DNA of 45,135 nt from a virus. Numbering within the stretch: position 1 is the stretch's first letter; every line of letters starts with the position of its first letter. Shown here piece after piece: positions 1 to 8,327 of the stretch. The notes beneath the pieces were generated by a model, which saw only the letters and a program-made list of their open reading frames with translations, was not told the origin of the DNA and searched no databases. Position numbers and translations under genes: made by a program. The stretch lies in the IMG/VR virus record IMGVR_UViG_3300045988_040126. The stretch is one strand, 5' to 3'.

Positions 1-55
1 ATCTTGCCCGTTCTGCAATCGCTACTTCAAGCACTTATGCCGATCATTCAGGCCG
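1..55. repeat. 55-bp terminal overlap identical to 45081-45135 (circular closure of the contig)
   Basis: Bases 1-55 (atcttgcccgttctgcaatcg...cattcaggccg) recur exactly at 45081-45135. The tape-measure reading frame runs through the junction. Confidence 0.95.
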
Positions 56-801
56 TTGCAGAACTGTTTAGCAACGTGCTGGGGGCGGCGATCAACGCAA
101 TTTCAGGCATTTTGAACGGGCTGACACAGATTTTACAAGGGCTTATCACGTTCATTACAGGCGTGTTTACTGGAAACTGGAAACAGGCGTGGGAGGGCGT
201 GAAAAGCATATTCAGCGGGATATGGGAAGCAATCAAGAGCGTTTGCACGGGCGTTGTAAACGGCATTATTTCCGTTATCAATACCGTTATAGGCGGCTTG
301 AACAAGCTGAAAATTCCCGATTGGGTCCCCGTAATCGGCGGAATGGATATCAATATACCGCTTATTCCCATGCTTGCAAAGGGTTCAAAATACACACCTG
401 ACACGTTCATTGCGGGCGAAGCGGGGGCGGAGCTTATCACGAATGCAAGGGGCCGGACCGTATTTACCGCCGCACAGACCGGGCGAATCTTTGAGAACAT
501 CAACGCGGCCCGTGAAGCGCAGGACGGAACGACGGTTGTTACCCTCTTGCCGTTACTGCAAGCGGCGCTTTCGGCGGCGCGCGTCGGTCCGGGCGGAGTT
601 TCGGCCCCGACCGTTACCGCGGAATCACCGCAAGGCGGGGGCATTGTCATTCACAGCGCGCCCGTTTTCCACGTGGGAAGCGAAGCGCAAGCGGAGGACA
701 TCGAAGAATTGTTAGACAGGCGGGACGAAGAACTTTTAGACAAGTTCGACGACCGCATGAAGCAGAGGGAGGACGACGAAAGGCGGCGGAGGTATGACTA
801 A
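1..801 (+). CDS. tail tape measure protein, C-terminal part (continues 43074-45135 across the junction)
   Basis: The ORF is open from base 1, in frame with the ORF running off the 3' end. Gly/Ala/Ile-rich helical repeats are followed by a charged tail. It lies between the chaperone and the baseplate genes. Confidence 0.9.
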   Translation: MLPVLQSLLQALMPIIQAVAELFSNVLGAAINAISGILNGLTQILQGLITFITGVFTGNWKQAWEGVKSIFSGIWEAIKSVCTGVVNGIISVINTVIGGLNKLKIPDWVPVIGGMDINIPLIPMLAKGSKYTPDTFIAGEAGAELITNARGRTVFTAAQTGRIFENINAAREAQDGTTVVTLLPLLQAALSAARVGPGGVSAPTVTAESPQGGGIVIHSAPVFHVGSEAQAEDIEELLDRRDEELLDKFDDRMKQREDDERRRRYD

Positions 802-1006
802 ATACACGACCATTGCCGGGGATATGTGGGACGGTATCGCCTACAAGACGCTAGGCGACGAAGCATACACCGACAGGATTATGACAGCGAACCCGCAACA
901 CCGCCGGATCGTCGTTTTCTCGGCAGGAATTACGCTGGATATACCCGACGCGGAAGCGCGGGGTTCGGCTGACTTGCCGCCGTGGAAAAGGGGGCGGACG
1001 ACATGA
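794..1006 (+). CDS. tail protein X-like (LysM-like small tail protein)
   Basis: 70 aa starting MTKYTTIAGDMWDGIAYKTLGDE, the pattern of P2 gpX. It sits directly after the tape measure and overlaps the next gene by ATGA. Confidence 0.75.
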   Translation: MTKYTTIAGDMWDGIAYKTLGDEAYTDRIMTANPQHRRIVVFSAGITLDIPDAEARGSADLPPWKRGRTT

Positions 1007-2043
1007 ACGCACGGCGAACCGTCGTCCGCCTGACCTTTGACGGCGTGGACATAAGCGCAGACATCAACAGGTATTTACAATCCTTGTCTTACACAGACAA
1101 CGAACAGGACGAAACGGACGATTTACAATTAACCCTTGACGACCGGGAGGGCGTGTGGCTTGGAAATTGGCTGAACACGCCCGGCGCGTCAAAGGGCGCG
1201 GAACTTGCCGCGGTGATCGTTCAAAAAAACTGGAACTCGGACGGAAAAGACCGGGTGCTGGATTGCGGTACGTTTCAGATCGACAGCGTGGACGGGAGCG
1301 GCCCGCCCTCGAAAGTGACAATCAAGGGAGGGTCAATCCCTTACACATCAACGGTACGGACGCAGAAAAAGACAAAAGCGTGGGAGAAAATCAAGCTTTC
1401 CGGGATTGCGAACGAAATTGCCGGAAAGAACGGGCTTGCGTGTATGTTTGAATCGGCGTTCGACCCGTTTTACACACGAAAAGAACAGGTGCAGGAATCG
1501 GACATTACATTTTTGCAACGGCTTTGCAAGGCCGCGGGGATTTCCCTTAAAGTGACAGCAAAAATGATTGTTCTATTCGACGCGGCGGCGTATGAGAAGA
1601 AAAACGCGGTCCGCACGATCAAGCGCGGCGCGGCGGACGTGAAGCGGTACAGCTTCAACACAAGCTTTCACGACGCTTCATACGGCAGTTGTCACGTGAC
1701 CTATACGGACCCGTCGAGCGGGACGACCTATGAAGCGACGTACAAGGCCCCGGACGCTGACACAAGCGAAAGCGCACAGGTGCTGGAGATCAAAGAAAAG
1801 GTTTCGAGCAACGCGGAAGCGAAAACGCTTGCCGAAAAGCGGTTGCGGGAGAAGAATGGACAGCAATTCACCGCCAGTTTTACACTTGTCGGCGACGCTG
1901 GGCTGGTGGCGGGCGTGACCGTGACCGTGAAAGGGTACGGAGCGTTCGACGGAAAGTACATCGTCGAAAGCGCGACGCATTCCGTTTCGTCGAGCGGGTA
2001 CACAACCAGCGTCAAATTACGCCGCGTATTGGAGGGGTATTGA
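1003..2043 (+). CDS. late control gene D-like tail/baseplate hub protein
   Basis: About 346 aa. Position after X and before the spike gene, plus the size and the FDG..DIS...L.S..Y.D N-terminus, fit P2 gpD / Mu gp44. The ATG at 1003 overlaps the upstream stop. Confidence 0.75.
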   Translation: MNARRTVVRLTFDGVDISADINRYLQSLSYTDNEQDETDDLQLTLDDREGVWLGNWLNTPGASKGAELAAVIVQKNWNSDGKDRVLDCGTFQIDSVDGSGPPSKVTIKGGSIPYTSTVRTQKKTKAWEKIKLSGIANEIAGKNGLACMFESAFDPFYTRKEQVQESDITFLQRLCKAAGISLKVTAKMIVLFDAAAYEKKNAVRTIKRGAADVKRYSFNTSFHDASYGSCHVTYTDPSSGTTYEATYKAPDADTSESAQVLEIKEKVSSNAEAKTLAEKRLREKNGQQFTASFTLVGDAGLVAGVTVTVKGYGAFDGKYIVESATHSVSSSGYTTSVKLRRVLEGY

Positions 2044-2375
2044 TGGGAGAAGCAAGCGTTTATAAAAACATCGTTCGCACGGGCTGGGTTTCCTCCGTCA
2101 ACGTCGCCGACAGAACCGCCCGCGTGACCTTTAAGGATATGGGGACAACCTTTGTTTCGGGTCCCCTGAAAGTGATTAAGAACCCGCCGTTCATTCCGGC
2201 AAAAGACGTTGTGCAGGAAACGCAAACGGAATCAGGCGGAAGCGGCGACGCGTCCTTTGCGGCGCACACGCACAAAGTCAAAATCAGCCCGTGGCTACCG
2301 TCGCCGGGTGACTATGTGCTTTGCCTTTATATCCCGACGAACGACGGTGACGGGTTCGTGATAGGAGGGATATAA
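2043..2375 (+). CDS. baseplate spike / gpV-like protein
   Basis: 110 aa, translationally coupled (TGATG). The N-terminus resembles the OB-fold of baseplate assembly protein V, and the gene sits between the hub and gpW. Confidence 0.55.
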   Translation: MGEASVYKNIVRTGWVSSVNVADRTARVTFKDMGTTFVSGPLKVIKNPPFIPAKDVVQETQTESGGSGDASFAAHTHKVKISPWLPSPGDYVLCLYIPTNDGDGFVIGGI

Positions 2376-2378
2376 AAG

Positions 2379-2780
2379 ATGGCAGTTATCGGGACTTGGG
2401 GCGACATCACCTTTGCCGTTTCAAGAAATCAGATCAAGACGTTTGACGGCCTGAAATGGGACAGCGGCGCGAAGTATTCGACGCATGACAGGCATTTGAA
2501 AGAACCCCTTTTAGAGTTCACGGGAACGGACGTTGAAAGCATGACGTTTACAATGTTCTTTTCCGCCTTTTTGGGAGTGAACCCGATTGCGGAGGTTTCA
2601 AAAATGCTTAAAGCAATGCGGCGCGGAGAGGTTCACCGCCTTGTCATCGGGCCGAAAGCCTACGGCACAAACAAGTGGGTTATCACGAAGCTTTCTAATT
2701 CGCTGAACCGCTATGACAACCGCGGCAATCTGCTTGTTGCGAAAGTAAGCGTCACAATGAAATCGTATTCGGGCCGTTAG
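2379..2780 (+). CDS. phage tail protein, P2 gpU-like
   Basis: 133 aa. The overall pattern (F.F ... EF.G .. E..TF.M ... G....L.IG) resembles the GpU family. Tail-module context. Confidence 0.5.
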   Translation: MAVIGTWGDITFAVSRNQIKTFDGLKWDSGAKYSTHDRHLKEPLLEFTGTDVESMTFTMFFSAFLGVNPIAEVSKMLKAMRRGEVHRLVIGPKAYGTNKWVITKLSNSLNRYDNRGNLLVAKVSVTMKSYSGR

Positions 2781-2791
2781 GGGGTGAGAGC

Positions 2792-3115
2792 ATGGCGCAC
2801 ATCATAAAGGCGTATGACCTTAAAAACATCAATCTTGCCCCGGAAACGACGGAAGAAGAGGTTTTGCAGAACGTCGCGGTCATCATATCAACGCCGAAAT
2901 TCTCCGTTCCCCTTGACCGGGGGCTGGGAATGGCGCAAAGGTTCGTTGACCGCCCGATTCAGGTTGCACAATCTGTTCTTATTTCGGAGGTTTTAGACGC
3001 GGTGGAGCGGGACGAACCGCGGGCGGAAGTGCTGGGCGTAACCTATGAAATGGGCGACACGCCCGGCGCGCTGATTCCAGTTGTGGAGGTGAACATAATT
3101 GACGACGAAAGTTAG
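2792..3115 (+). CDS. baseplate wedge protein gpW / gp25-like
   Basis: 107 aa, located immediately upstream of and overlapping baseplate J. The size and the EVLQNV..II.T.....PLDR.LG motif are typical of the GPW/gp25 family. Confidence 0.75.
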   Translation: MAHIIKAYDLKNINLAPETTEEEVLQNVAVIISTPKFSVPLDRGLGMAQRFVDRPIQVAQSVLISEVLDAVERDEPRAEVLGVTYEMGDTPGALIPVVEVNIIDDES

Positions 3116-4226
3116 AGAATACCCAGATATTCACTTTGTAGATACGGACACGAACGCGGTTGTAAATGCCCTGATTCAATCTTACGAAGCGTTCACCGGG
3201 CGGACGTTGTACCCGGCGGACCCGGCGCGCCTGTTTATCCTTTGGGTGGCCGACATCATCATTCAAGAGCGGGTAAACATCGACTTTTCGGCCCGGCAGA
3301 ACGTCCCGCGGTATGCAGAGGGTGAATATTTGGATTCCCTCGCAGAACTGTTCAAAGACGCTTACCGTTTGGATCCGGAAAAGGCAAAAACGACGTTGCG
3401 GTTCACCCTTTCCATTCCGCTGGAGGTTGCGACAATCGTTCCGGCAGGAACCCGCGTGACCGTTGACGGCGAAATCATCTTTCAGACATTGCAAGCCCTG
3501 ACAATCCCGGCGGGCGACCTGTTCGGGGACGTGGAAGCGGAGTGTCAGACGGCTGGAGAGATCGGGAACGGCTTTGTTCCGGGACAGATCACACAGTTAA
3601 TTGACATCTTCCCGTATTTCGGGTCCGTCGAAAATGTGTCCGAATCGGACGGCGGCGCGGACGAAGAGAGCGACGCGGCCTTTTATGAGCGTATGCGCGA
3701 AAGCGTCGAAACCTTTTCGACCGCCGGGCCGCTGGGCGCGTATGAGTATTACGCAAAATCCGCGTCGGCGCTGATCGTGGACGTGAAAGCGACTTCCCCG
3801 GAACCGGGAGAAGTTGACGTGCGGGTTCTGCTTTCCGGCGGGCAGTTGCCGGGGGAAGAAATCTTGAAAGAGGTTTTAGACATTCTGAACGCCGACAAGG
3901 TGCGGCCCCTGACCGATCACGTCACCGTCGCGGCCCCCGAAACGGTCCCGTATGACATCGACTTTACATACTGGACGCAAGAGGGCGGCGCAATAAGCGA
4001 CGATAAGGTGGCGGAGAATATCGCGGCGGCGGTTCGGACGTTCAAGGAATGGCAAGGCGCAAAGATGGGGCGGGACGTGAACCCGTCCTATTTAATTTCC
4101 CTGCTTATGCAAGCCGGGGCAAAGCGCGTCAAGGTACGGTCCCCCGTCGATACCGTCGTTCCCGACAACGCCGTTGCGGTGATCGGGGAAACGGCGGTTG
4201 TGAACGGGGGTGCGGAGAATGAATGA
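3099..4226 (+). CDS. baseplate J-like protein
   Basis: 375 aa, TTG start. The IHFVDTD N-terminus and gene order W-J-I are characteristic of P2 gpJ / Mu gp47. Confidence 0.85.
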   Translation: MTTKVREYPDIHFVDTDTNAVVNALIQSYEAFTGRTLYPADPARLFILWVADIIIQERVNIDFSARQNVPRYAEGEYLDSLAELFKDAYRLDPEKAKTTLRFTLSIPLEVATIVPAGTRVTVDGEIIFQTLQALTIPAGDLFGDVEAECQTAGEIGNGFVPGQITQLIDIFPYFGSVENVSESDGGADEESDAAFYERMRESVETFSTAGPLGAYEYYAKSASALIVDVKATSPEPGEVDVRVLLSGGQLPGEEILKEVLDILNADKVRPLTDHVTVAAPETVPYDIDFTYWTQEGGAISDDKVAENIAAAVRTFKEWQGAKMGRDVNPSYLISLLMQAGAKRVKVRSPVDTVVPDNAVAVIGETAVVNGGAENE

Positions 4227-4971
4227 CAACGACATTTATTCAATCGACTTCACCCGTTCGCTTCCGCCCGTTCTGAAAAACGACCCGAAAATGATTGCGC
4301 TGGCCCGGACCATTGCGGAGCAATTACAGGTTACGGCCCGGCAGATCGAAAAGAACATCATTTACGCCCGGATTGATGAACTTGACGAACAGACCCTTGA
4401 CGTTCTCGCCTATGATCTTCACGTCGATTGGTACGACTATTCTTACCCGATAGAGGTTAAACGGCAGACGATCAAAGACAGCGTAAAGGTTCACCGAAAG
4501 CTGGGTACAAAGTACGCCGTCGAAACGGCGCTGGGGGCCGTGTACCCCGGCACAAAGGTTCAAGAATGGTTCGAGTACGGCGGCAAGCCGTACACGTTCC
4601 GCGTTATTATCGGCGTGACGACGGAGGGATTGACCGCCGCCCGGCAAGCAGAGGTTTTGAACCGCGTTCGGTTTTATAAAAACCTCCGTTCCCACCTTGA
4701 AGCGATCAGCTATCAGGTTAAAAAGGAAACGACGATTCACGTTGCGGCGGTGCATTCCATCGGGACGCGGCTGGAGGTTTACCCGTATCTTGCAAAGGAC
4801 ATAGCCGCCGCCGGAACTGTTCATGTTGCCGCGGCGGTGAAAGCGGGAACGCGGCTTGAAGTGTTCCCGGTTCTTGTAAAGAGCATGACGGAGCGGGCGA
4901 CCGTCCGCACGGGCGCGGTTGTAAAGACGGGGACAAAGGTTGAAATCTTCCCCGCATACGGCCCGGCCTGA
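4219..4971 (+). CDS. tail protein I-like (baseplate)
   Basis: The N-terminus (IYSIDFTRSLPPVLKNDPKMIALARTIAEQL) matches the P2 gpI family pattern. It overlaps the end of J. A GTG start at 4210 is an alternative. Confidence 0.8.
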   Translation: MNDNDIYSIDFTRSLPPVLKNDPKMIALARTIAEQLQVTARQIEKNIIYARIDELDEQTLDVLAYDLHVDWYDYSYPIEVKRQTIKDSVKVHRKLGTKYAVETALGAVYPGTKVQEWFEYGGKPYTFRVIIGVTTEGLTAARQAEVLNRVRFYKNLRSHLEAISYQVKKETTIHVAAVHSIGTRLEVYPYLAKDIAAAGTVHVAAAVKAGTRLEVFPVLVKSMTERATVRTGAVVKTGTKVEIFPAYGPA

Positions 4972-5008
4972 ATCCGCGTGAATTTATAACAAATGGAGGT
5001 AAAAAGCA

Positions 5009-5686
5009 ATGCCAGACACCGAAAGAACATACGGAACCGTTGTCACGTCTGCTGGCCTTGCCCTTGTCACGGCGGCGACCATGAGGGGCGAAAAGGTCAA
5101 ATTGAAATACCTTGCCGTCGGCGACGGCGGCGGGCAGTATTACCAGCCGTCGGCGGACATGACCGCGCTTAAAAATGAGAAATGGCGCGGAGAGGTAAAC
5201 AGCGTGCAGATCAACCCGGATTCGCCGAACATGATTGACATTGTGGCGGTCATTCCGGCGACCGTGGGCGGCTTTACAATCCGTGAAATGAGCGTGCAGA
5301 CAGAGGGTGACGACGTTATGTTTGCCGTCTGCAACACCCCGGACACGGAAAAAGTCATCATTACAACGGGCGCGGCGGGCGAAGTCGAATTGACAATGCA
5401 CATTGAGGTGGCAAACGCCGCGAACGTGACGATTGCCGTTGACCCGAACGTTGTTACGGCAACGAAAACAGACTTGAAGAATCACAATGCGGACCCGGAC
5501 GCGCACGGCGGCGTTTTGCCGCGGCTGGAAGCCGTCGAAAGTTCCCTTGTCCCCATTTATACGGGGACGGAGAAACCGACGGCAGACGGGCCTTTTTTGT
5601 GGTTACAGGTTATCCAGCAGGGCGGCGACGTTGACCCGGACCCGGAAAACCCGGACGGGAAAATTGAAAAGGAGGAAGCGAAATGA
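5009..5686 (+). CDS. tail fibre protein (tail-collar fibre N-terminal domain)
   Basis: 225 aa. GTVVTSAGLALVTAA....KV.L.YLAVGDGGG is the pattern of the P2 gpH-type N-terminal domain (DUF3751-like). It follows gpI. Confidence 0.75.
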   Translation: MPDTERTYGTVVTSAGLALVTAATMRGEKVKLKYLAVGDGGGQYYQPSADMTALKNEKWRGEVNSVQINPDSPNMIDIVAVIPATVGGFTIREMSVQTEGDDVMFAVCNTPDTEKVIITTGAAGEVELTMHIEVANAANVTIAVDPNVVTATKTDLKNHNADPDAHGGVLPRLEAVESSLVPIYTGTEKPTADGPFLWLQVIQQGGDVDPDPENPDGKIEKEEAK

Positions 5687-6156
5687 CCGAATTAAATTGC
5701 GTCCTTGTCTTTCAGGAAAAGGCGGGGGCAATTACGGCATATTACCCGTACACAAAATGGCGAAATATCCTTGACGCGCCGAACGTCGGCGCAATGGAAA
5801 GTGACCTGTACGGGCATATCGGAAATACTGACGTTCACGTGACGGCGGCGCAGATCAGCAATTACGACACCGCGATTGCTGGGCTGATCGAGCATACAGA
5901 GAATGCAGAAATCCACATTACGGCGGCAGAGCGGGCGACATGGACCACGGGCGCGCAAAAGGCAGAACAGGCCGCGGCGGACGCTTCAAGCGCGCTGAAC
6001 CTTGCCGCGTCCCTTGAAAGCCGCGTCGCCCGCGTGGAAGATGGCCTTTTCAACAACATTACCGGGAATCCGTTTCTTGTTTCTTTTGACGCGCTGGACG
6101 GCGTATCGCTTGTCAAGGGCGTTTGGAACGCGGATCGGCAAAGAATCGAATGTTGA
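5683..6156 (+). CDS. tail fibre-associated protein (coiled-coil; function unknown)
   Basis: 157 aa, translationally coupled (ATGA) to the fibre gene. It has an Ala-rich coiled-coil segment. No family was recognised. Confidence 0.5.
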   Translation: MTELNCVLVFQEKAGAITAYYPYTKWRNILDAPNVGAMESDLYGHIGNTDVHVTAAQISNYDTAIAGLIEHTENAEIHITAAERATWTTGAQKAEQAAADASSALNLAASLESRVARVEDGLFNNITGNPFLVSFDALDGVSLVKGVWNADRQRIEC

Positions 6157-6470
6157 CGGAATATGCTTGCACCCGCCGGGAATTGTCCTGCATTATCGGC
6201 AATCTGTTTACGGAAATTGAACCGCCTTGCGAACGGTGCGGGGACGCTGACGAAATCACGATCAGCGGGACCACCTACACCGGGAGCCGGGCGGTTCTTA
6301 CCGTAACACGGTTCGGGTTCACCTTTGACGGGGACCCGGCGGAAGTAGAGCGAATCCGGGAAAGGCGGTGCTTAATTGGAGGGCAGAAAGAAACAGGCAG
6401 AGCAAACGGAATTTGCGATCATCACAAAGGCGAAAGACCTTGTGAAGCACACGTTTCTAATGACGAATGA
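6150..6470 (+). CDS. hypothetical protein (uncertain; overlaps the avd start by about 95 nt)
   Basis: The ATG at 6150 overlaps the upstream stop (ATGTTGA). 106 aa with a CxxC pair. The long overlap with avd makes the true extent doubtful. Confidence 0.3.
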   Translation: MLTEYACTRRELSCIIGNLFTEIEPPCERCGDADEITISGTTYTGSRAVLTVTRFGFTFDGDPAEVERIRERRCLIGGQKETGRANGICDHHKGERPCEAHVSNDE

Positions 6471-6807
6471 ACGGCGCTTTCCGAAAAAGTACCGATTCAC
6501 GATTGTAAACCGTCTGCATGACCTGACGATTGATATTTTCCAACACATTCAGGAAGCGAACGAACTTGATATTGCGGACCCGCAAGAATACAGGGAACGG
6601 AGGTACGAACAGAAAAAGGCCCTGACGAAGTGCAAGACGGTTCTATTCCTGATTGAATTATCTTTTGAAAACGGCTTGATTTCGGACGATCAATGCGCCG
6701 CGTGGTCAAAATACGTCCTTGACGTTAAGTACATGACCGCAAGCTGGCGCAAGAAAGACCGGGAACGGGCCGTTGCTATGCAGAGAGGAACCCCGCCCCG
6801 GCGGTAA
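6376..6807 (+). CDS. avd: DGR accessory variability determinant (Avd-like four-helix-bundle protein)
   Basis: About 143 aa, basic and helical. The FPKKYRF..VNRL....I.I...I.EAN pattern is typical of Avd / four-helix-bundle proteins. It lies immediately 5' of TR. The TTG start is uncertain. Confidence 0.8.
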   Translation: MEGRKKQAEQTEFAIITKAKDLVKHTFLMTNERRFPKKYRFTIVNRLHDLTIDIFQHIQEANELDIADPQEYRERRYEQKKALTKCKTVLFLIELSFENGLISDDQCAAWSKYVLDVKYMTASWRKKDRERAVAMQRGTPPRR

Positions 6808-6841
6808 CGCCCGGCGGGTTTTCTTTGGGGTGCGCCCTGTA

Positions 6842-6936
6842 GCGTCCAACTCGTACAACGTCCGCAACGTCAATTCCTCCGGCGCGATGAACTGGAACAA
6901 CGCGTACAATGGCAACAACGGCGTTCGCCCGCTTTG
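6842..6936 (+). repeat. DGR template repeat (TR)
   Basis: 95 bp, non-coding, containing 23 adenines (mostly in AAC/AAT triplets). It aligns without gaps to 8975-9069 and (89 bp) to 21245-21333. Confidence 0.9.
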
Positions 6937-7205
6937 GTGGAAAACCGCGATTGAGTAAGCCGAAAGGCCGAAAACAGAGGACCACCCACAAAGGAGGGCG
7001 TATCCCTCCGTCGTGGTGACAGCACGGCGGTAAATACAAGATTGGTGAAGCAAGGTCCACGGAAACCAGCTTCCGTCCCGCTGCGGGCGCGCGGTGGGGT
7101 CCGATGATGAAGCATTGCACAACGAAACAAGGAACCCCGGCGCGTGTGCGTCGGGGCGTTTTGTTCCCTGCATGGCGGAATCTATACACGGCAAGGAGTT
7201 TTTAT
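6937..7205 (+). ncRNA. putative DGR RNA spacer region between TR and RT
   Basis: A 269-nt non-coding gap containing local hairpins (for example ggagggcgtatccctcc at about 6993-7009). By analogy with BPP-1, the TR-adjacent spacer is part of the template/primer RNA. Confidence 0.4.
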
Positions 7206-8327
7206 ATGCAAAACGCAGATTTCGAGCGGGTTTATGATTTCGGCAATCTATACGCCGGATTCCTGAAAGCCCGTCGGGGCAAGAGGGGCAAAGCAAGCGT
7301 CGCAAAGTTTGAAGCGAACTTGCTGGAGGCCCTTTGTTTGCTTTCGGAAATGTTGAAAAACAAAACGTACAGGCCGTCCGACTATTTCGTGTTCCGGGTA
7401 TATGAGCCGAAAGAACGAATCGTGATGACCAACGCGTTCAAAGACAAGGTGGTTCAACATTCCCTATGCGACAACATACTTGAACCCGCGTTTTCCCGCG
7501 GGTTTATCCGGGACAATTACGCGTCGCAGAAAGACAGAGGGACGCACGACGGATTATATCGGCTGGAAGCGTTTATGCGGTCCTATTACTTCACGCGGAA
7601 AAACAGAGCGGAACAGGCACGCCGGGAAGCGGGCTTGCCGCCGTTGCCGCCGAAAGAAGCAGGGTACGCCGACGGCTGGGTTTTGAAGTGCGATATATCA
7701 AAGTATTTCTATTCAATCCAGCATGAGCCGTTAAAACGAATGGTGCGGTCATACGTCCGGGACCCGGACGTTTTGTGGCTTACTGACATGATAATTGACA
7801 GCACCGAAAATCCCGGAATACCTATCGGCAATCAGACTTCACAATGGTTCGCCGTCATGTACCTTTCGGGGTTAGATCACTTCATAAAAGAGAAGCTGGG
7901 CATTCGCTATTATGGGCGGTACATGGACGACTTTTACTTGATACATGAGGACAAGGCGTACTTGCGGTATTGCTGGGCGGAAATTGAAAGGTACGTCGGC
8001 GAATTGAGATTGAAGCTGAACAATAAAACAAACATCTTTCCTTTGCGGAACGGCATTGACTTTTTAGGTTTTCACACGTATTTGACCGATTCGGGGAAAG
8101 TGATTCGGAAAGTTAGGAGGTCAAGCAAATGTAACGAACAAAGGAAGATGAAGAAACAGCGGGCTTTACTGGACGGCGGCAAAATCACCCTTGCGGAGAT
8201 CGAACAATCTTACGGAAGCTGGCGGAGCCACGCAATCAAGGGGAATTGTTATCACCTTGTCCGGGAAACGGACCGCACATTCAAAAATCTATTCAAGGAG
8301 AGTGAAAAACAATGGCAAAAGCATTAA
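7206..8327 (+). CDS. DGR-type reverse transcriptase
   Basis: AAGGAG RBS at 7192-7197 followed by an ATG. Contains the catalytic YMDD box (GRYMDDFYL) and the IGNQTSQ motif typical of DGR RTs. About 373 aa. Confidence 0.9.
   Translation: MQNADFERVYDFGNLYAGFLKARRGKRGKASVAKFEANLLEALCLLSEMLKNKTYRPSDYFVFRVYEPKERIVMTNAFKDKVVQHSLCDNILEPAFSRGFIRDNYASQKDRGTHDGLYRLEAFMRSYYFTRKNRAEQARREAGLPPLPPKEAGYADGWVLKCDISKYFYSIQHEPLKRMVRSYVRDPDVLWLTDMIIDSTENPGIPIGNQTSQWFAVMYLSGLDHFIKEKLGIRYYGRYMDDFYLIHEDKAYLRYCWAEIERYVGELRLKLNNKTNIFPLRNGIDFLGFHTYLTDSGKVIRKVRRSSKCNEQRKMKKQRALLDGGKITLAEIEQSYGSWRSHAIKGNCYHLVRETDRTFKNLFKESEKQWQKH

Noticed and set aside
1-55. The terminal 55-bp repeat as a biological direct terminal repeat
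   Set aside because: Its short, exact length, and its position in the middle of the tape measure gene, are typical of an assembler k-mer overlap on a circular or circularly permuted molecule, not a packaging DTR.
7104-7205. N-terminal extension of the reverse transcriptase ORF
   Set aside because: There is no RBS at 7104. A strong AAGGAG precedes the ATG at 7206, and the RT homology begins there.
6706-7305. ORFs crossing the TR/spacer region (6773-6958 +, 6706-7305 -, 6776-7189 -, 6870-7130 -)
   Set aside because: This region is better explained as the non-coding DGR template and spacer RNA. The + ORF is simply the TR read in the VR frame.
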